From Bdellovibrio sp. (GTDB taxonomy: Bacteria > Bdellovibrionota > Bdellovibrionia > Bdellovibrionales > Bdellovibrionaceae), in NCBI GenBank assembly GCA_036677065.1, contig JAKFBS010000001.1, forward strand, positions 416,001 to 480,000: 64,000 nt of DNA, written 5' to 3'. The position numbers were made by a program, and so were the translations under genes. Positions 50,371 through 60,399 of the stretch are shown here, piece by piece. Numbering within the stretch: position 1 is the first letter of the stretch; every line of letters begins with the position of its first letter. The notes beneath the pieces were generated by a model. The model was not told where the DNA came from. It saw only the letters and a list, made by a program, of their open reading frames with translations, and searched no databases.

Positions 50371-50845
50371 ATTTTTTTTCGAGACGTTTAGCTTTAAAAA
50401 ATTTTTTTAATAAATCACTGCATTCATTTTGCATTAACCCACTTTCAGCAATGAAGCGGTGATTTAATTTTGCATGCGTTGATAAATTATCTAATGAACC
50501 CATAGCTCCGGCTTTAGGATCATGAGTGGCAAATACGACTCGCTTAATTCGCGATTGCACCAGAGCACCGGCGCACATAAAACACGGTTCAAGAGTCACA
50601 TACAAAGTGCAATCAACCAGGCGCCACGAGTCTTTCTTTTTGCATGCACGGTGAAGCGCTAAAAGTTCGGCGTGGCCAAGCACGGTGTTTAGGGTTTCGC
50701 GGGTATTTGCAGCCTTGGCGATGACTTTACCTTCGCCATCAACGATGACTGCGCCAATGGGAACTTCGCCGTTTTTTTCAGCTTTTTGGGCTAATTTAAA
50801 GGCGATTTGCATGAATTTATGGTCGGCTTGGGTAAATTGGTTCAT
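50363..50845 (-). CDS. tadA: tRNA adenosine(34) deaminase
   Basis: GEVPIGAV, HAE, TLEPCFMC, DPKAGA, LNH. Confidence 0.9.
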   Translation of the reverse strand: MNQFTQADHKFMQIAFKLAQKAEKNGEVPIGAVIVDGEGKVIAKAANTRETLNTVLGHAELLALHRACKKKDSWRLVDCTLYVTLEPCFMCAGALVQSRIKRVVFATHDPKAGAMGSLDNLSTHAKLNHRFIAESGLMQNECSDLLKKFFKAKRLEKKST

Positions 50846-50989
50846 CTCTAAACTAGAGTCTTAGTATAAAACCCTGATTATTTTAACTAAATGGTCTTGC
50901 CGCATTAAGTCATAGAGTGTAAATAGACACCTCGGTTGTTAATAATCTTGTTTGCTTATAAGTCATATCGAGAGGCAGGTGAATTCCAA

Positions 50990-51196
50990 ATGGCATTAGT
51001 TAAAATCAGAGACGGTGAATCTTTTGAATCAGCATTCAGAAAATTTAAAAAGTCTTGTGAAAAAGCTGGTATCCTTTCAGAAGTTAAAAAACGCGAACAC
51101 TTCGAAAAACCAAGCGTATCTGCTAAGAAAAAATCTATCGCTGCTCGCAAACGCGCTACGAAAAAAACTCGTGGTGGTTTCAGAGACCGCGACTAG
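50990..51196 (+). CDS. rpsU: 30S ribosomal protein S21
   Basis: [12 protein letters not shown]…[12 protein letters not shown]. Confidence 0.95.
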   Translation: MALVKIRDGESFESAFRKFKKSCEKAGILSEVKKREHFEKPSVSAKKKSIAARKRATKKTRGGFRDRD

Positions 51197-51221
51197 TTTG
51201 TAAATTAAGTTTACAGCTTAT

Positions 51222-51258
51222 AGAGCTCTTAGGGATTAATTTCTTAAGAGCTCTTTTT
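51222..51258 (+). terminator. Terminator between rpsU and yqeY/dnaG
   Basis: AGAGCTCTTAGGGA-loop-TTCTTAAGAGCTCT-TTTT. Confidence 0.75.
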
Positions 51259-51291
51259 ATTTTAAAAACATATTTCTCAAGGGAGACCTCC

Positions 51292-51738
51292 ATGGAATTT
51301 AAAGACCAATTAATGGCTGATATCAAAGCGGCAATGATTGCTAAAGATTCAGTAAAATTAAACACACTTCGTTTTTTACACGCGGCGATCAAGCAAAAAG
51401 AAATCGATTCTCGCCCAGAGCCATTAACTGCTGACGATGTTATGGCCGTTCTAAAAAAATTAGTTAAACAACGTAAAGAATCTATCGAACAATTCGGTGT
51501 TGCAGGTCGTACTGATTTAGTTGACCAAGAAACTGCAGAATTAAAAGTGATGGAAGTTTACTTACCGGCGCAAATGTCACGTGAACAAATTGAAAAAGTT
51601 GTTGCTGAAGTGATTGCTGAAACAGGTGCTACGACAGTTAAAGACATGGGCACAGTGATGAAAGCTGTTCAGGCAAAAACTGCTGGAACTGCTGACGGTA
51701 AAACAATTAGCGAAGTGATTAAGTCAAAACTGAACTAA
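51292..51738 (+). CDS. yqeY: GatB/YqeY domain protein
   Basis: DIKAAMIAKD…KQRKESIEQF…YLPAQ…KDMGTVM. Confidence 0.93.
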   Translation: MEFKDQLMADIKAAMIAKDSVKLNTLRFLHAAIKQKEIDSRPEPLTADDVMAVLKKLVKQRKESIEQFGVAGRTDLVDQETAELKVMEVYLPAQMSREQIEKVVAEVIAETGATTVKDMGTVMKAVQAKTAGTADGKTISEVIKSKLN

Positions 51739-51739
51739 T

Positions 51740-53659
51740 TTGGGTTACAAGCAAGAATTCATCGAAAAGGTCATCGCTGCATCAAACCTTGTCGATATCA
51801 TTTCACAGTACACAACGCTAAAACCCACAGGCCGCGGGCATATGGGGCGCTGTCCTTTTCCTGATCATCAGGAGAAGACGGCATCCTTTTCTGTCAGCGA
51901 ATTCAAAGGTGTTTATCACTGTTTTGGCTGTAAAAAATCTGGAAATGTAACGACGTTCTTGCGTGATTTTAACGGGATGAGTTTTCCCGATTCAATTGCT
52001 TACTTAGCTGAGCGTAATGGAATTCCAATTACTGATGATGCCTACGAGAATAATCGCCCGGATTATTCAAATGAAGATAAAGATCAGAAAAAAACTTTGT
52101 TACGTGCAAATAAAATTGCCGCTGATTTTTTTAAAGAAATGTTAAAACGCCAATCAACAGATTCAGTGATTCGCCAATATGTTTTAAAAAGAAAATTAAA
52201 TCCTGAAACGATTGAAGAATTTCAAATCGGTTATGCACCGAATGAATGGGAAGCCTTAGGTCAACAGCTGAATCGCAGTTCGATTCCTGTAGAAGTGGCT
52301 GAAGAAGCTCAATTAGTGCGAAAGCGTAAAGAAGGCCAAGGCTATTTCGATATGTTTCGCGATCGCCTGATGTTTCCGATTCATTCTCCCACAGGTGATG
52401 TGCTGGCTTTTGGTGGCCGTATCATCGAACAAGGTGAACCCAAATATTTAAATTCTCCAGAGACTCCAGTATTTCATAAAGGCAAAGTTCTTTATGGCCT
52501 AGCTCAAACTGCAAAACATATTCGCTCAGACGATTTAGTTTTAGTGGTTGAAGGTTACATGGATTTAGTTTCAATTTACCAAGCGGGATTAAAAAATGTT
52601 GTCGCCACTATGGGAACAGCATTAACCCCAGATCATGCTAAGCTTATTAAGCGCTTAACAAACAATGTGGTTGTGCTTTTTGACGGTGATGACGCTGGTA
52701 AAATGGCCGCAGAACGCAGTCTTCCGATTCTGCTTTCGCAAGGATTATTTCCGCGCGGATTAACTTTAACTGAGGCCAAAGATCCCGATGAATTTGTCAT
52801 AAAATTTGGAACTGAAGCGTTGAAAAAACAAATCGATTCGGCTCCTGATTTATTCAAAGTTGTTTTAAAATCGTGGATGAGTGACTACCGCGGTGAAGCT
52901 TCGGATAAAGTAAAACTCGTCGATAAAATCAAACCTGTGTTTGATGCCATGGCCGATCAGCGCCTAAAAGGCCTGTATGCTGATGACCTTTGCCAGATTA
53001 TGGGAGTCAATAAAGACTGGCTTAGGAATTCTTTTCAGGGTAATACCGCAGGGCGCAACCAAGGTTATAGCTCTGCATCGAGTACGAATTATCAAAAAAA
53101 TTTAGTGACAGAAGAGCCGCAGCCTGTGCTTTCGGCAGCTGTTGAACCTTCGCAAATCGAAGAAAACACGCAAATTAAAATTTCAGATGCCTCTAAAGTT
53201 GAGCTGATGTTATTGCAAAACACCCTCAAGAGTCGTGCCAATTTCGCTATTATGAGCGAGTTGCAAGAGCCACTTTCATTCACGCAATTATTAAGCCAAA
53301 TCAAACACTTAGGTGTAAAACAAATCCTCGAAATTGCCGAGCAAGATTATAGACAAGACGCAAATAAATTTGATAGGTTGGTCAGTCAGCTGATTGATAA
53401 AATTGATAAACCTGAGTTGCTTTTCCAAAACTCTAAACTCGACATCACCCAAATGGGTGAATTCGACGAAGAAAAAGAAAAGAAACTTATCGTGGATTTA
53501 ATTTCTCGCATTCAGCAGGAGTTTATAAAAGATCAGGCAAAAAAATTATCGATGGACATTCGCTCAGACAAACTGAACTTGAATGATGAAGATAAACTCA
53601 GACAATTTTCTGAGTTGCAAAAAAGCCGTCTCGCTCTTAAGAGCGAATCTAAAAAATAA
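51740..53659 (+). CDS. dnaG: DNA primase
   Basis: CPFPDH…CFGC, FRDRLMFPI, FGGR, KYLNSPET, EGYMD, FDGD, DPD. Confidence 0.97.
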   Translation: MGYKQEFIEKVIAASNLVDIISQYTTLKPTGRGHMGRCPFPDHQEKTASFSVSEFKGVYHCFGCKKSGNVTTFLRDFNGMSFPDSIAYLAERNGIPITDDAYENNRPDYSNEDKDQKKTLLRANKIAADFFKEMLKRQSTDSVIRQYVLKRKLNPETIEEFQIGYAPNEWEALGQQLNRSSIPVEVAEEAQLVRKRKEGQGYFDMFRDRLMFPIHSPTGDVLAFGGRIIEQGEPKYLNSPETPVFHKGKVLYGLAQTAKHIRSDDLVLVVEGYMDLVSIYQAGLKNVVATMGTALTPDHAKLIKRLTNNVVVLFDGDDAGKMAAERSLPILLSQGLFPRGLTLTEAKDPDEFVIKFGTEALKKQIDSAPDLFKVVLKSWMSDYRGEASDKVKLVDKIKPVFDAMADQRLKGLYADDLCQIMGVNKDWLRNSFQGNTAGRNQGYSSASSTNYQKNLVTEEPQPVLSAAVEPSQIEENTQIKISDASKVELMLLQNTLKSRANFAIMSELQEPLSFTQLLSQIKHLGVKQILEIAEQDYRQDANKFDRLVSQLIDKIDKPELLFQNSKLDITQMGEFDEEKEKKLIVDLISRIQQEFIKDQAKKLSMDIRSDKLNLNDEDKLRQFSELQKSRLALKSESKK

Positions 53660-53714
53660 ACTTTTTGATTTTTGTTTTTAAATTTGATTTTTTTATTAGC
53701 CCCCGTGAGGACAG

Positions 53715-55523
53715 ATGACGAATAACCCAGAAAAAAACGAAATCAAAACTTTAACTGCTGCTGAACAAGAAGTGTTAGCAAAAGAAGAAGTTCAAAAATT
53801 GCTTAAGATGGCCAAAGATAAAGGCCGCTTAACAATCGAAGAGATCAACGAATCTCTTCCGCAAGAAATTATTGCGGCCAGCGTATTAGATGCATTGATG
53901 CAGACGCTTGAAGCTAATGGCGTGGTTATTACAGAACACACAGAAGCCGCTCGTGAAGACGACAAAGACGAATTCCTGTCTAAAGTTGATGAAGAAGAAG
54001 AAGACGAAGAAGAATTAAAAGAAGCCGAAGATGTTAAGGGTTCTGACCCTGTACGTTTATACTTACGTAAAATGGGTTCTGTTTCTTTACTTACACGTGA
54101 AGGTGAAGTTGAGATTGCCCGCCGTATCGAAAAAGGTGAGCGCGAAATCGTTCGTGCGATGTTAATGTCTCCGTTAGGAACATTCGAGATCATCAATTTA
54201 GGTAAACGTTTAGATCAAGGCCGTATCAAAGTTAAATCGATCTTTCGTGGTCTTGAAGATGAAGACACTCAGTACGACGAAAAAGAATACATCGAAAAAA
54301 TTCATCAATTAATCGGTATCGTTACAAAATACCAAAAAGACACAGAAAAAGCTTTCACCGCTTTACGCGATGAAAATATCAAACCTGATGTTAAAACTAA
54401 AATTTATGAAGAAACTCGCGTAATCAACGAAGCGTTGATGGCGAATTTTGAATCAATCAATTTCAACCGTAAAACGATCAACCGTGTTGTTATTAAGTTT
54501 AAAAACTTAGTAAACCGCATGGGCACTTTACGTCGTCGTATCAAAGACGGTATGGAAAAAACTTTCTCTAAAGACGTAGCGTCTTTAGTTGAGCGTTTAA
54601 AAGTGATCGAGAATAACGAAAAAGAATTAACTAAAACTACTCGTGACACAGGTTTAAGCTACGGTCGTTTCCGTACTTACGCTATTCAGGCACAAGAAGC
54701 TGAAGTTCGTTTAAAACGTCTTCATGAAGACACCGAAATGAACTTTCGCTGGATTCAAGAAACTTACACAGCAATTTGGAAAGGTGAGCGCGAAGCTGAC
54801 CTTGCAAAATCTGAGTTAGTTGAAGCCAATCTTCGTCTAGTTGTTTCTATCGCTAAAAAATACACTAACCGTGGTCTTCAATTCTTAGATTTAATCCAAG
54901 AAGGTAATATCGGTTTAATGAAAGCCGTTGATAAATTTGAATACCGTCGTGGTTACAAGTTTTCAACATACGCGACTTGGTGGATCCGTCAGGCCATCAC
55001 GCGCGCCATCGCCGATCAGGCCCGTACAATCCGTATTCCTGTTCACATGATCGAGACGATCAATAAACTTGTGCGTACACAACGTTTATTGATCCAAGAG
55101 TTAGGCCGTGAAGCGACTCCTGAAGAAATCGCAGATCGTATGGATATGCCGGTAGATAAAGTTCGCAAAGTCTTAAAAATTGCGAAAGAGCCGATCAGCT
55201 TAGAGACTCCGGTGGGTGAAGAAGAAGATTCTCACTTAGGGGATTTTATCGAAGATAAAAAAGTGATCAATCCTGCAGAAGCGATTGTGAACTTAAACTT
55301 AGCTGAGCAAACTCGTCGTGTCTTATCAACGTTGACTCCGCGTGAAGAAAAAGTTTTACGTATGCGTTTTGGTATCGGTGAAGAATCAGATCATACTCTT
55401 GAAGAGGTTGGTCAGGATTTCAACGTAACTCGTGAACGTATTCGTCAGATTGAAGCTAAGGCGTTACGTAAATTACGTCATCCTTCTAGAAGCAATAAAC
55501 TTAAAACGTTTGTTGATAGCTAA
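53715..55523 (+). CDS. rpoD: Primary sigma factor sigma70
   Basis: [50 protein letters not shown]. Confidence 0.98.
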   Translation: MTNNPEKNEIKTLTAAEQEVLAKEEVQKLLKMAKDKGRLTIEEINESLPQEIIAASVLDALMQTLEANGVVITEHTEAAREDDKDEFLSKVDEEEEDEEELKEAEDVKGSDPVRLYLRKMGSVSLLTREGEVEIARRIEKGEREIVRAMLMSPLGTFEIINLGKRLDQGRIKVKSIFRGLEDEDTQYDEKEYIEKIHQLIGIVTKYQKDTEKAFTALRDENIKPDVKTKIYEETRVINEALMANFESINFNRKTINRVVIKFKNLVNRMGTLRRRIKDGMEKTFSKDVASLVERLKVIENNEKELTKTTRDTGLSYGRFRTYAIQAQEAEVRLKRLHEDTEMNFRWIQETYTAIWKGEREADLAKSELVEANLRLVVSIAKKYTNRGLQFLDLIQEGNIGLMKAVDKFEYRRGYKFSTYATWWIRQAITRAIADQARTIRIPVHMIETINKLVRTQRLLIQELGREATPEEIADRMDMPVDKVRKVLKIAKEPISLETPVGEEEDSHLGDFIEDKKVINPAEAIVNLNLAEQTRRVLSTLTPREEKVLRMRFGIGEESDHTLEEVGQDFNVTRERIRQIEAKALRKLRHPSRSNKLKTFVDS

Positions 55524-55584
55524 ATTCTTCGTTGCTGCGTCGTCGACGTGCTAAAGCACGCCTTCTTCCTAGCGCCTCGAATTC
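55523..55584. repeat. Candidate REP-like long imperfect hairpin after rpoD
   Basis: AATTCTTCGTTGCTGCGTCGTCGACGTGCT-aa-AGCACGCCTTCTTCCTAGCGCCTCGAATT; GC-rich, nested complementarity, only one copy in the window. Confidence 0.4.
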
Positions 55585-55598
55585 AAATTATGTTTACT

Positions 55599-55629
55599 AA
55601 ATAGGAGATCGTTGATCTCCTATTTTTTT
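55599..55629 (+). terminator. rpoD terminator
   Basis: AAATAGGAGATC-gtt-GATCTCCTATTT-TTTT. Confidence 0.85.
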
Positions 55630-55653
55630 GTCCTGAATAGCCCCAAAAAAAGC

Positions 55654-55669
55654 TGGGTGTGAAATTGCA
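55654..55669 (+). promoter_or_regulatory. Putative sigma54 promoter
   Basis: TGGGTGTGAAATTGCA. Confidence 0.6.
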
Positions 55670-55695
55670 ATTCTCATGTTTCATCGGAGGGCGCC

Positions 55696-55893
55696 ATGAA
55701 ATATAAAGATATGATTTCGGAAGAAGATTTTTTTAAAGCGCAAATTGCACGACGGTCTTCAAAGTCACCACAGAAAGATAGTCCGGGTGATTCTGCAGCT
55801 AATGCAAATGCTGAAGTGAATTACGGCATTGAATATCAACCGACTAAGCCGAAGCGCAAAAAAGATATTCCGGCTTTTGATAATAAAGGCTAA
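55696..55893 (+). CDS. Small charged hypothetical protein (65 aa)
   Basis: SD GGAGG; sigma54 site upstream, hairpin downstream. Confidence 0.65.
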   Translation: MKYKDMISEEDFFKAQIARRSSKSPQKDSPGDSAANANAEVNYGIEYQPTKPKRKKDIPAFDNKG

Positions 55894-55930
55894 TTGCTTA
55901 TCACCATGAGCTTATAAGGTTTTTTCTCTG

Positions 55931-55972
55931 AAAAGGAGATCCATTGATCTCCCTTTTTTATTTTGCTAGCCT
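55931..55972 (+). promoter_or_regulatory. Terminator hairpin overlapping a sigma70-type promoter
   Basis: AAAAGGAGATC-catt-GATCTCC-CTTTTTT; TTGATC-N17-TAGCCT (55944-55972). Confidence 0.55.
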
Positions 55973-55979
55973 TGAGCCA

Positions 55980-57092
55980 GTGGAAATTTCAGTCATTCAT
56001 GTCATCAATAACGATCAGCGAAACGCAAAATCTGTAAATTTTGGCCCGCATTTTTTAAATTTAGCCGGTAAAACGTATTTATATAGTAGCGTACGTTTCG
56101 AAATCGGTGGCAATAATGATTCAATTCTATTTATTCATTTAAACGATAAAGAATTACTCTACATCGCTTTAGACCGATCAATGAAAAAGCAGCTGCTGGA
56201 AATTGAAACGATCAAAGCTCAGTTGCTGCCTTTGTTTAAAGTTAGTGATAAAAACCTGTATACGGATTTAAGTTATGTCGCTGTAATTATAGCGATTATT
56301 GCTTCGATGATTTATTTTCGTGGGCCAATCGCCGGAGCCTTTGCGACATTGATTCCGGTCAGTATAGAGAAAAAAATCGGGGATAAAGTATTTAAGACTA
56401 GTGCTACTGACGAATTTAAAAGTGTTAACAACGCTGAACTTAAATTACAAGACTTGTTAAAGCATATTAAAGGTTACGACCAGAAAAAAATCACGGTCCA
56501 TATTTCATCAAAAAAAGAAATGAATGCTTACGCAACTATCGGTGGTCATTTATTTATTAACCGCGGGTTAATTGATGAACTTCAAAAACCAGAAGATCTA
56601 TTGGGCGTCATCGGGCACGAGATGATTCATGCTGAAAGACGGCATGTCATCAAGAGCATTTTTCAAGGCGCGGGATTATTTTTATTAATTCAGACAATAT
56701 TGGGCGATGTTACTGGATTAGCGGCGGTCTTGGCAGATAACGGCGATTCTTTATTACAATTATCGTATTCAAGAGACTTAGAAAAAGAAGCCGATCTTTT
56801 AGCGGTTAGAATGCTGTTGGATAGTCAGATAGATCCGACTGGGCTAAAGTCAGCATTGCAAGTTATCGAAACTGATTACAATAAAACGCTTAAAGAAACA
56901 GTCGGCGGTGGTGCGATTGAAAAAATTTTAAATCAAAGTTTTTTACGTTCACATCCTCAAACTGAGCAGCGGTGTCTAGATATTCAGAATCAAATTGACG
57001 AGCTTCGTAAAACTCCTAAATATGAAAACGTTGAGTACATCAGTCTAGAGACACAATGGACAGCTTTTAAAGCTGCAATGAAAGAGCTCTAG
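55980..57092 (+). CDS. Membrane-anchored M48 metallopeptidase (GTG 55980 preferred over TTG 55944)
   Basis: NAYATIGG, GHEMIH, YSRDLEKEAD, RSHP; one TM. Confidence 0.88.
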   Translation: MEISVIHVINNDQRNAKSVNFGPHFLNLAGKTYLYSSVRFEIGGNNDSILFIHLNDKELLYIALDRSMKKQLLEIETIKAQLLPLFKVSDKNLYTDLSYVAVIIAIIASMIYFRGPIAGAFATLIPVSIEKKIGDKVFKTSATDEFKSVNNAELKLQDLLKHIKGYDQKKITVHISSKKEMNAYATIGGHLFINRGLIDELQKPEDLLGVIGHEMIHAERRHVIKSIFQGAGLFLLIQTILGDVTGLAAVLADNGDSLLQLSYSRDLEKEADLLAVRMLLDSQIDPTGLKSALQVIETDYNKTLKETVGGGAIEKILNQSFLRSHPQTEQRCLDIQNQIDELRKTPKYENVEYISLETQWTAFKAAMKEL

Positions 57093-57109
57093 CCAGAAAG
57101 CAGGGGCTT

Positions 57110-57775
57110 ATGAATGTTAAAGAAATCGGATCATCCGCTTTTCAAATCTTAGAGTGTGAATTAAATCCAAATGAAATGATCACGGTCGAATCAGGTGCCA
57201 TGGCCAGCCAAGATGTTGGAATAATGCCAAATACCGTAATGAATGGAACTTTCTGGCAAGCCCTTGTGCTAAAACTTTTAGGCGGTGAAAGTTTTTTTAT
57301 TAATCACTTTCAAAATGTTTCTAGTAAAACGCAAAAAATTCATATCAGTCAAAGCACTCCAGGTGATATTCAAAGTCGCCAGTTAAACGGTGAAGAAATC
57401 TTTATCGAGACTGGTTCTTTTATCGCCCGTACTGGTGATATTAAAATTAAAACTAAATGGGCCGGATTTAAAAATCTGATTGCCGGCGAAGGTTTATTTA
57501 AACTTTCATTTAAAGGCACAGGCACAATTTGGTATGGCTGCTATGGTGCTGTCGTCGAAAAAGAAATCAATGGCACATACATTGTTGATTCAGGACATCT
57601 ATTAATGTGGCCTCCGACAGTTCAGTTAAAACTAAAACTTGCCGGTGGATTAATTGACAGTTTTCTAAGTAAAGAAGGTTTTGTCTTACAATTAGAGGGT
57701 CAAGGCAAAGTGCAGTTACAAACTCGAAGTGTTAAAGGCCTTGCGCAATGGTTAAATGCGCGTTTTTGGAGATAG
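57110..57775 (+). CDS. AIM24/TIGR00266 family protein 1
   Basis: ESGAM, LGGESFF, PGDI, GEGLF, YIVDSGH. Confidence 0.88.
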   Translation: MNVKEIGSSAFQILECELNPNEMITVESGAMASQDVGIMPNTVMNGTFWQALVLKLLGGESFFINHFQNVSSKTQKIHISQSTPGDIQSRQLNGEEIFIETGSFIARTGDIKIKTKWAGFKNLIAGEGLFKLSFKGTGTIWYGCYGAVVEKEINGTYIVDSGHLLMWPPTVQLKLKLAGGLIDSFLSKEGFVLQLEGQGKVQLQTRSVKGLAQWLNARFWR

Positions 57776-57777
57776 CC

Positions 57778-58455
57778 ATGAAATTTGAATTAAAATTCCA
57801 ACCCTCATCAACGATTGCAATTTGTCACCTTGAGCCTCAGGAAACATTAGTTTCTGAAGGCGGCGCAATGATGGCGCTTAAAGGTGCGGTTTCAGTAAAT
57901 ACCACCACTCATCAAAAAGGCGGCGGCGGAGTATTATCTGGCGTTAAAAGATTATTAACCGGCGAAAGTTTTTTTCTAAATCAGTACAAAGCTAATCAAG
58001 CAGCACAAGTTTGGTTATGTGCAACGTTACCCGGTGATATGTTGGTAAAAAAATTGAACGGCGAAAATTTAATAATCGCTGGCGGCGCTTTTGTTGCCTG
58101 TGATCATGACGTGCAAATTAATTTAGAGTGGCAGGGTTTAAAAAGTGTTTTTTCAGGAGAATCACTTTTTTGGATCAAGGCCAAAGGGCATGGCGAACTT
58201 TTATTAAATAGTTTTGGTTTTATTTATCCGGTGCAAGTTGACGGCGAATACATCGTTGATACCGGACACATTGTAGCTTTTGAAGAAACGCTGCAATTTA
58301 ATATTTCAAAAGCTTCTAGCAATTGGCTACAGGCTTTTATGAGCGGTGAAGGCTTCATTTGCAGATTCAGCGGTAAAGGCACGGTTTGGTGCCAGTCGCA
58401 TAATCCAAGAAGTTATGGCCAAGAATTAACTCCTTATCTGAAAGCCCGAGGTTAA
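57778..58455 (+). CDS. AIM24/TIGR00266 family protein 2
   Basis: SEGGAM, TGESFF, PGDM, SGESLF, YIVDTGH, SGEG; ATG 57778 behind GGAG. Confidence 0.88.
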   Translation: MKFELKFQPSSTIAICHLEPQETLVSEGGAMMALKGAVSVNTTTHQKGGGGVLSGVKRLLTGESFFLNQYKANQAAQVWLCATLPGDMLVKKLNGENLIIAGGAFVACDHDVQINLEWQGLKSVFSGESLFWIKAKGHGELLLNSFGFIYPVQVDGEYIVDTGHIVAFEETLQFNISKASSNWLQAFMSGEGFICRFSGKGTVWCQSHNPRSYGQELTPYLKARG

Positions 58456-58457
58456 TT

Positions 58458-59120
58458 ATGAAATTTAATATTGAACATAGACCGGATTTTTCGTGGTTAA
58501 CTGTTTCAGTTCCTAAAGATCAAACGTTGTTTGTCGAATCTAGTGCCATGGCCAGCATGTCGACAAACATGCAGATGAAAACTAAATTTAAAGGCGGTTT
58601 ACGCCGGTTTGTTTCAGGAGAATCACTTTTTCTATCTGAATTTAAAGCTAATGCAATGGACGGCGAAGTAACAATTGCCCCCGGGCCGTTTGGTGATATT
58701 TCACATTTTGAATTAAAAGGTGAAACAGTATTTCTTTCTTCTAGTTCATATGTGGCTCACACCGAAGGTTTGGTTTATGAAACTAAATTTCAAAATGTCA
58801 CAAAAGGTTTATTCTCTGGTGCAGGTTGGTTTTTAGTGAAGATGTCGGGCACCGGCCACGTTTGGTATAACGGCTATGGTGCCTTAACTGAAATCAATGT
58901 CGAAGACGAAGTGCTGATTGATAATAATCACTTAGTCGCATTTACCACCGGTTTAGAATACGACATGGAAAAATTGGGAAATTATAAATCACTGTTTTTC
59001 AGTGGTGAAGGTTTTGTCTGTCGTTTTCGCGGTAAAGGAAAAGTTTACGTGCAAACGAAGAAGCCTTCGGCCTTAGTGAGCTGGGCGCATATCTTTCGCC
59101 CAGTCAGAAAGAATAATTAG
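58458..59120 (+). CDS. AIM24/TIGR00266 family protein 3
   Basis: ESSAM, SGESLF, IDNNHLVAF, SGEGFVCRF. Confidence 0.88.
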   Translation: MKFNIEHRPDFSWLTVSVPKDQTLFVESSAMASMSTNMQMKTKFKGGLRRFVSGESLFLSEFKANAMDGEVTIAPGPFGDISHFELKGETVFLSSSSYVAHTEGLVYETKFQNVTKGLFSGAGWFLVKMSGTGHVWYNGYGALTEINVEDEVLIDNNHLVAFTTGLEYDMEKLGNYKSLFFSGEGFVCRFRGKGKVYVQTKKPSALVSWAHIFRPVRKNN

Positions 59121-59124
59121 AAAA

Positions 59125-59871
59125 TTATTTCATCAAACGGCGCAGAATAAAATAATAGTGATGATACATTGGTTTTGCGCGGTTTGAATCACACATCAAA
59201 GAATGTTTCAGGCAAAATGATTCTGAAGTGATGGTTTCGTATTCATCGCCAAGCCCTAACATATGCCCGAATTCATGTGCGATTGTTGTCGCAGACCAAT
59301 TGCGGCCCCAGTTCGTGTCATAAGGGCCACGGGTATCATCCCATAAAATAACTGAATAGTGCGCCTCTTTTTGATTAGTCACGACTTGAAATTGAAAACG
59401 ATATTTAAAATCTAACGGCGTCTGGTTGGTGTTCCAGATTTGTTCTGCTTCGGCAAATTTCTTTTTAAAATTTTCTAAGTCTTGGGGTTTGGGGTTAAGA
59501 AAATTTACTTTTACCCGTAAAGTGACATCTGTCGAATTCGGTGTGTAAATCAAATCATAGTTATATTTTTTCGGAAAAAATTCGACGTAAGTAATTTTAC
59601 CCTGAATATTTGGCTTTAAATTAAAATGATTACCGCTTAAATGGCTAGGTGTCGGGTAATTTTCAAAAGTGTCTTTTAAGTGCACATTAAATGACTTAAA
59701 GGCGTGGTCAGGCTGAGCTGAGCGGTCTTTGGCTGGCATCAGCAATTCATAAAGCCAACGGTACTTTTCAGGGTCAACAGATTCGATCGTCTGTTGTGGC
59801 GCTGAGCTGGCTAGCGCGGGATTTAGCAAAAAGGCGACAAATAATGCAAAAAATTTAAGTGAAGTCATCAT
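59125..59871 (-). CDS. Secreted zinc metalloprotease-like protein
   Basis: Signal peptide; AHEFGHMLGLGDEY…SLM. Confidence 0.75.
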   Translation of the reverse strand: MMTSLKFFALFVAFLLNPALASSAPQQTIESVDPEKYRWLYELLMPAKDRSAQPDHAFKSFNVHLKDTFENYPTPSHLSGNHFNLKPNIQGKITYVEFFPKKYNYDLIYTPNSTDVTLRVKVNFLNPKPQDLENFKKKFAEAEQIWNTNQTPLDFKYRFQFQVVTNQKEAHYSVILWDDTRGPYDTNWGRNWSATTIAHEFGHMLGLGDEYETITSESFCLKHSLMCDSNRAKPMYHHYYFILRRLMK

Positions 59872-59929
59872 AGCTGCAAGTAAATCGCAAAAGAAGTGGT
59901 CGCTGCAAGCTTTTTATCAGCGTCGCTGA

Positions 59930-59958
59930 TTGATCTCCTATTGGTGTTTTGCTAGGCT
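59930..59958 (+). promoter_or_regulatory. Putative sigma70 promoter of the tRNA
   Basis: TTGATC-N17-TAGGCT. Confidence 0.6.
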
Positions 59959-59989
59959 AGATCTATCGTCTTTAATCAAACATTCCGGT

Positions 59990-60066
59990 GGGGGTGTAGC
60001 TTAGTTGGTTAAAGCAATCGGCTCATAACCGATGGATCCGGGGTTCGAGTCCCTGCGCCCCTACCA
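59990..60066 (+). tRNA. tRNA with CAT anticodon, non-initiator; most likely tRNA-Ile2, elongator Met not excluded
   Basis: Cloverleaf: acceptor GGGGGTG/CGCCCCT, D-stem GCTT/AAGC, anticodon arm ATCGG-CTCATAA-CCGAT, T-arm CGGGG-TTCGAGT-CCCTG, encoded ACCA. Confidence 0.93.
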
Positions 60067-60124
60067 TTTCAATTCGCATGACAAGTTTTACCCTTGAAGA
60101 TATCGGTTCAAAAAAAGGATTCCC

Positions 60125-60397
60125 ATGACACACATATTATTTGATCAAGGAAAAAAGCTGGGAGAAGTGTCTGAATGGAAATTAACTCCCTATGAACCCG
60201 TGTATAAAAATATTCTGGGAAAGCTGGTTCTTATGCCCGCAACGTCTGATGTATGTTCTTTTGTAACGCCGAAGCCGGTTAGTCGCAAAACGCAATTGAC
60301 GATCATTGAAGATCGAAAGTTAGAATTGGTTCTGCAAATTAAATCGGTTAAAGGCATGACGGTCACTGCATCGATTGTTTCTCGTAACAATTTATAA
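60125..60397 (+). CDS. Hypothetical protein (90 aa)
   Basis: SD AAGGA before ATG. Confidence 0.65.
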   Translation: MTHILFDQGKKLGEVSEWKLTPYEPVYKNILGKLVLMPATSDVCSFVTPKPVSRKTQLTIIEDRKLELVLQIKSVKGMTVTASIVSRNNL

Positions 60398-60399
60398 AC

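Noticed and set aside
59886..59902. Possible sigma54 site upstream of the metalloprotease
   Set aside because: TTGC is present but the -24 GG is missing at the required spacing
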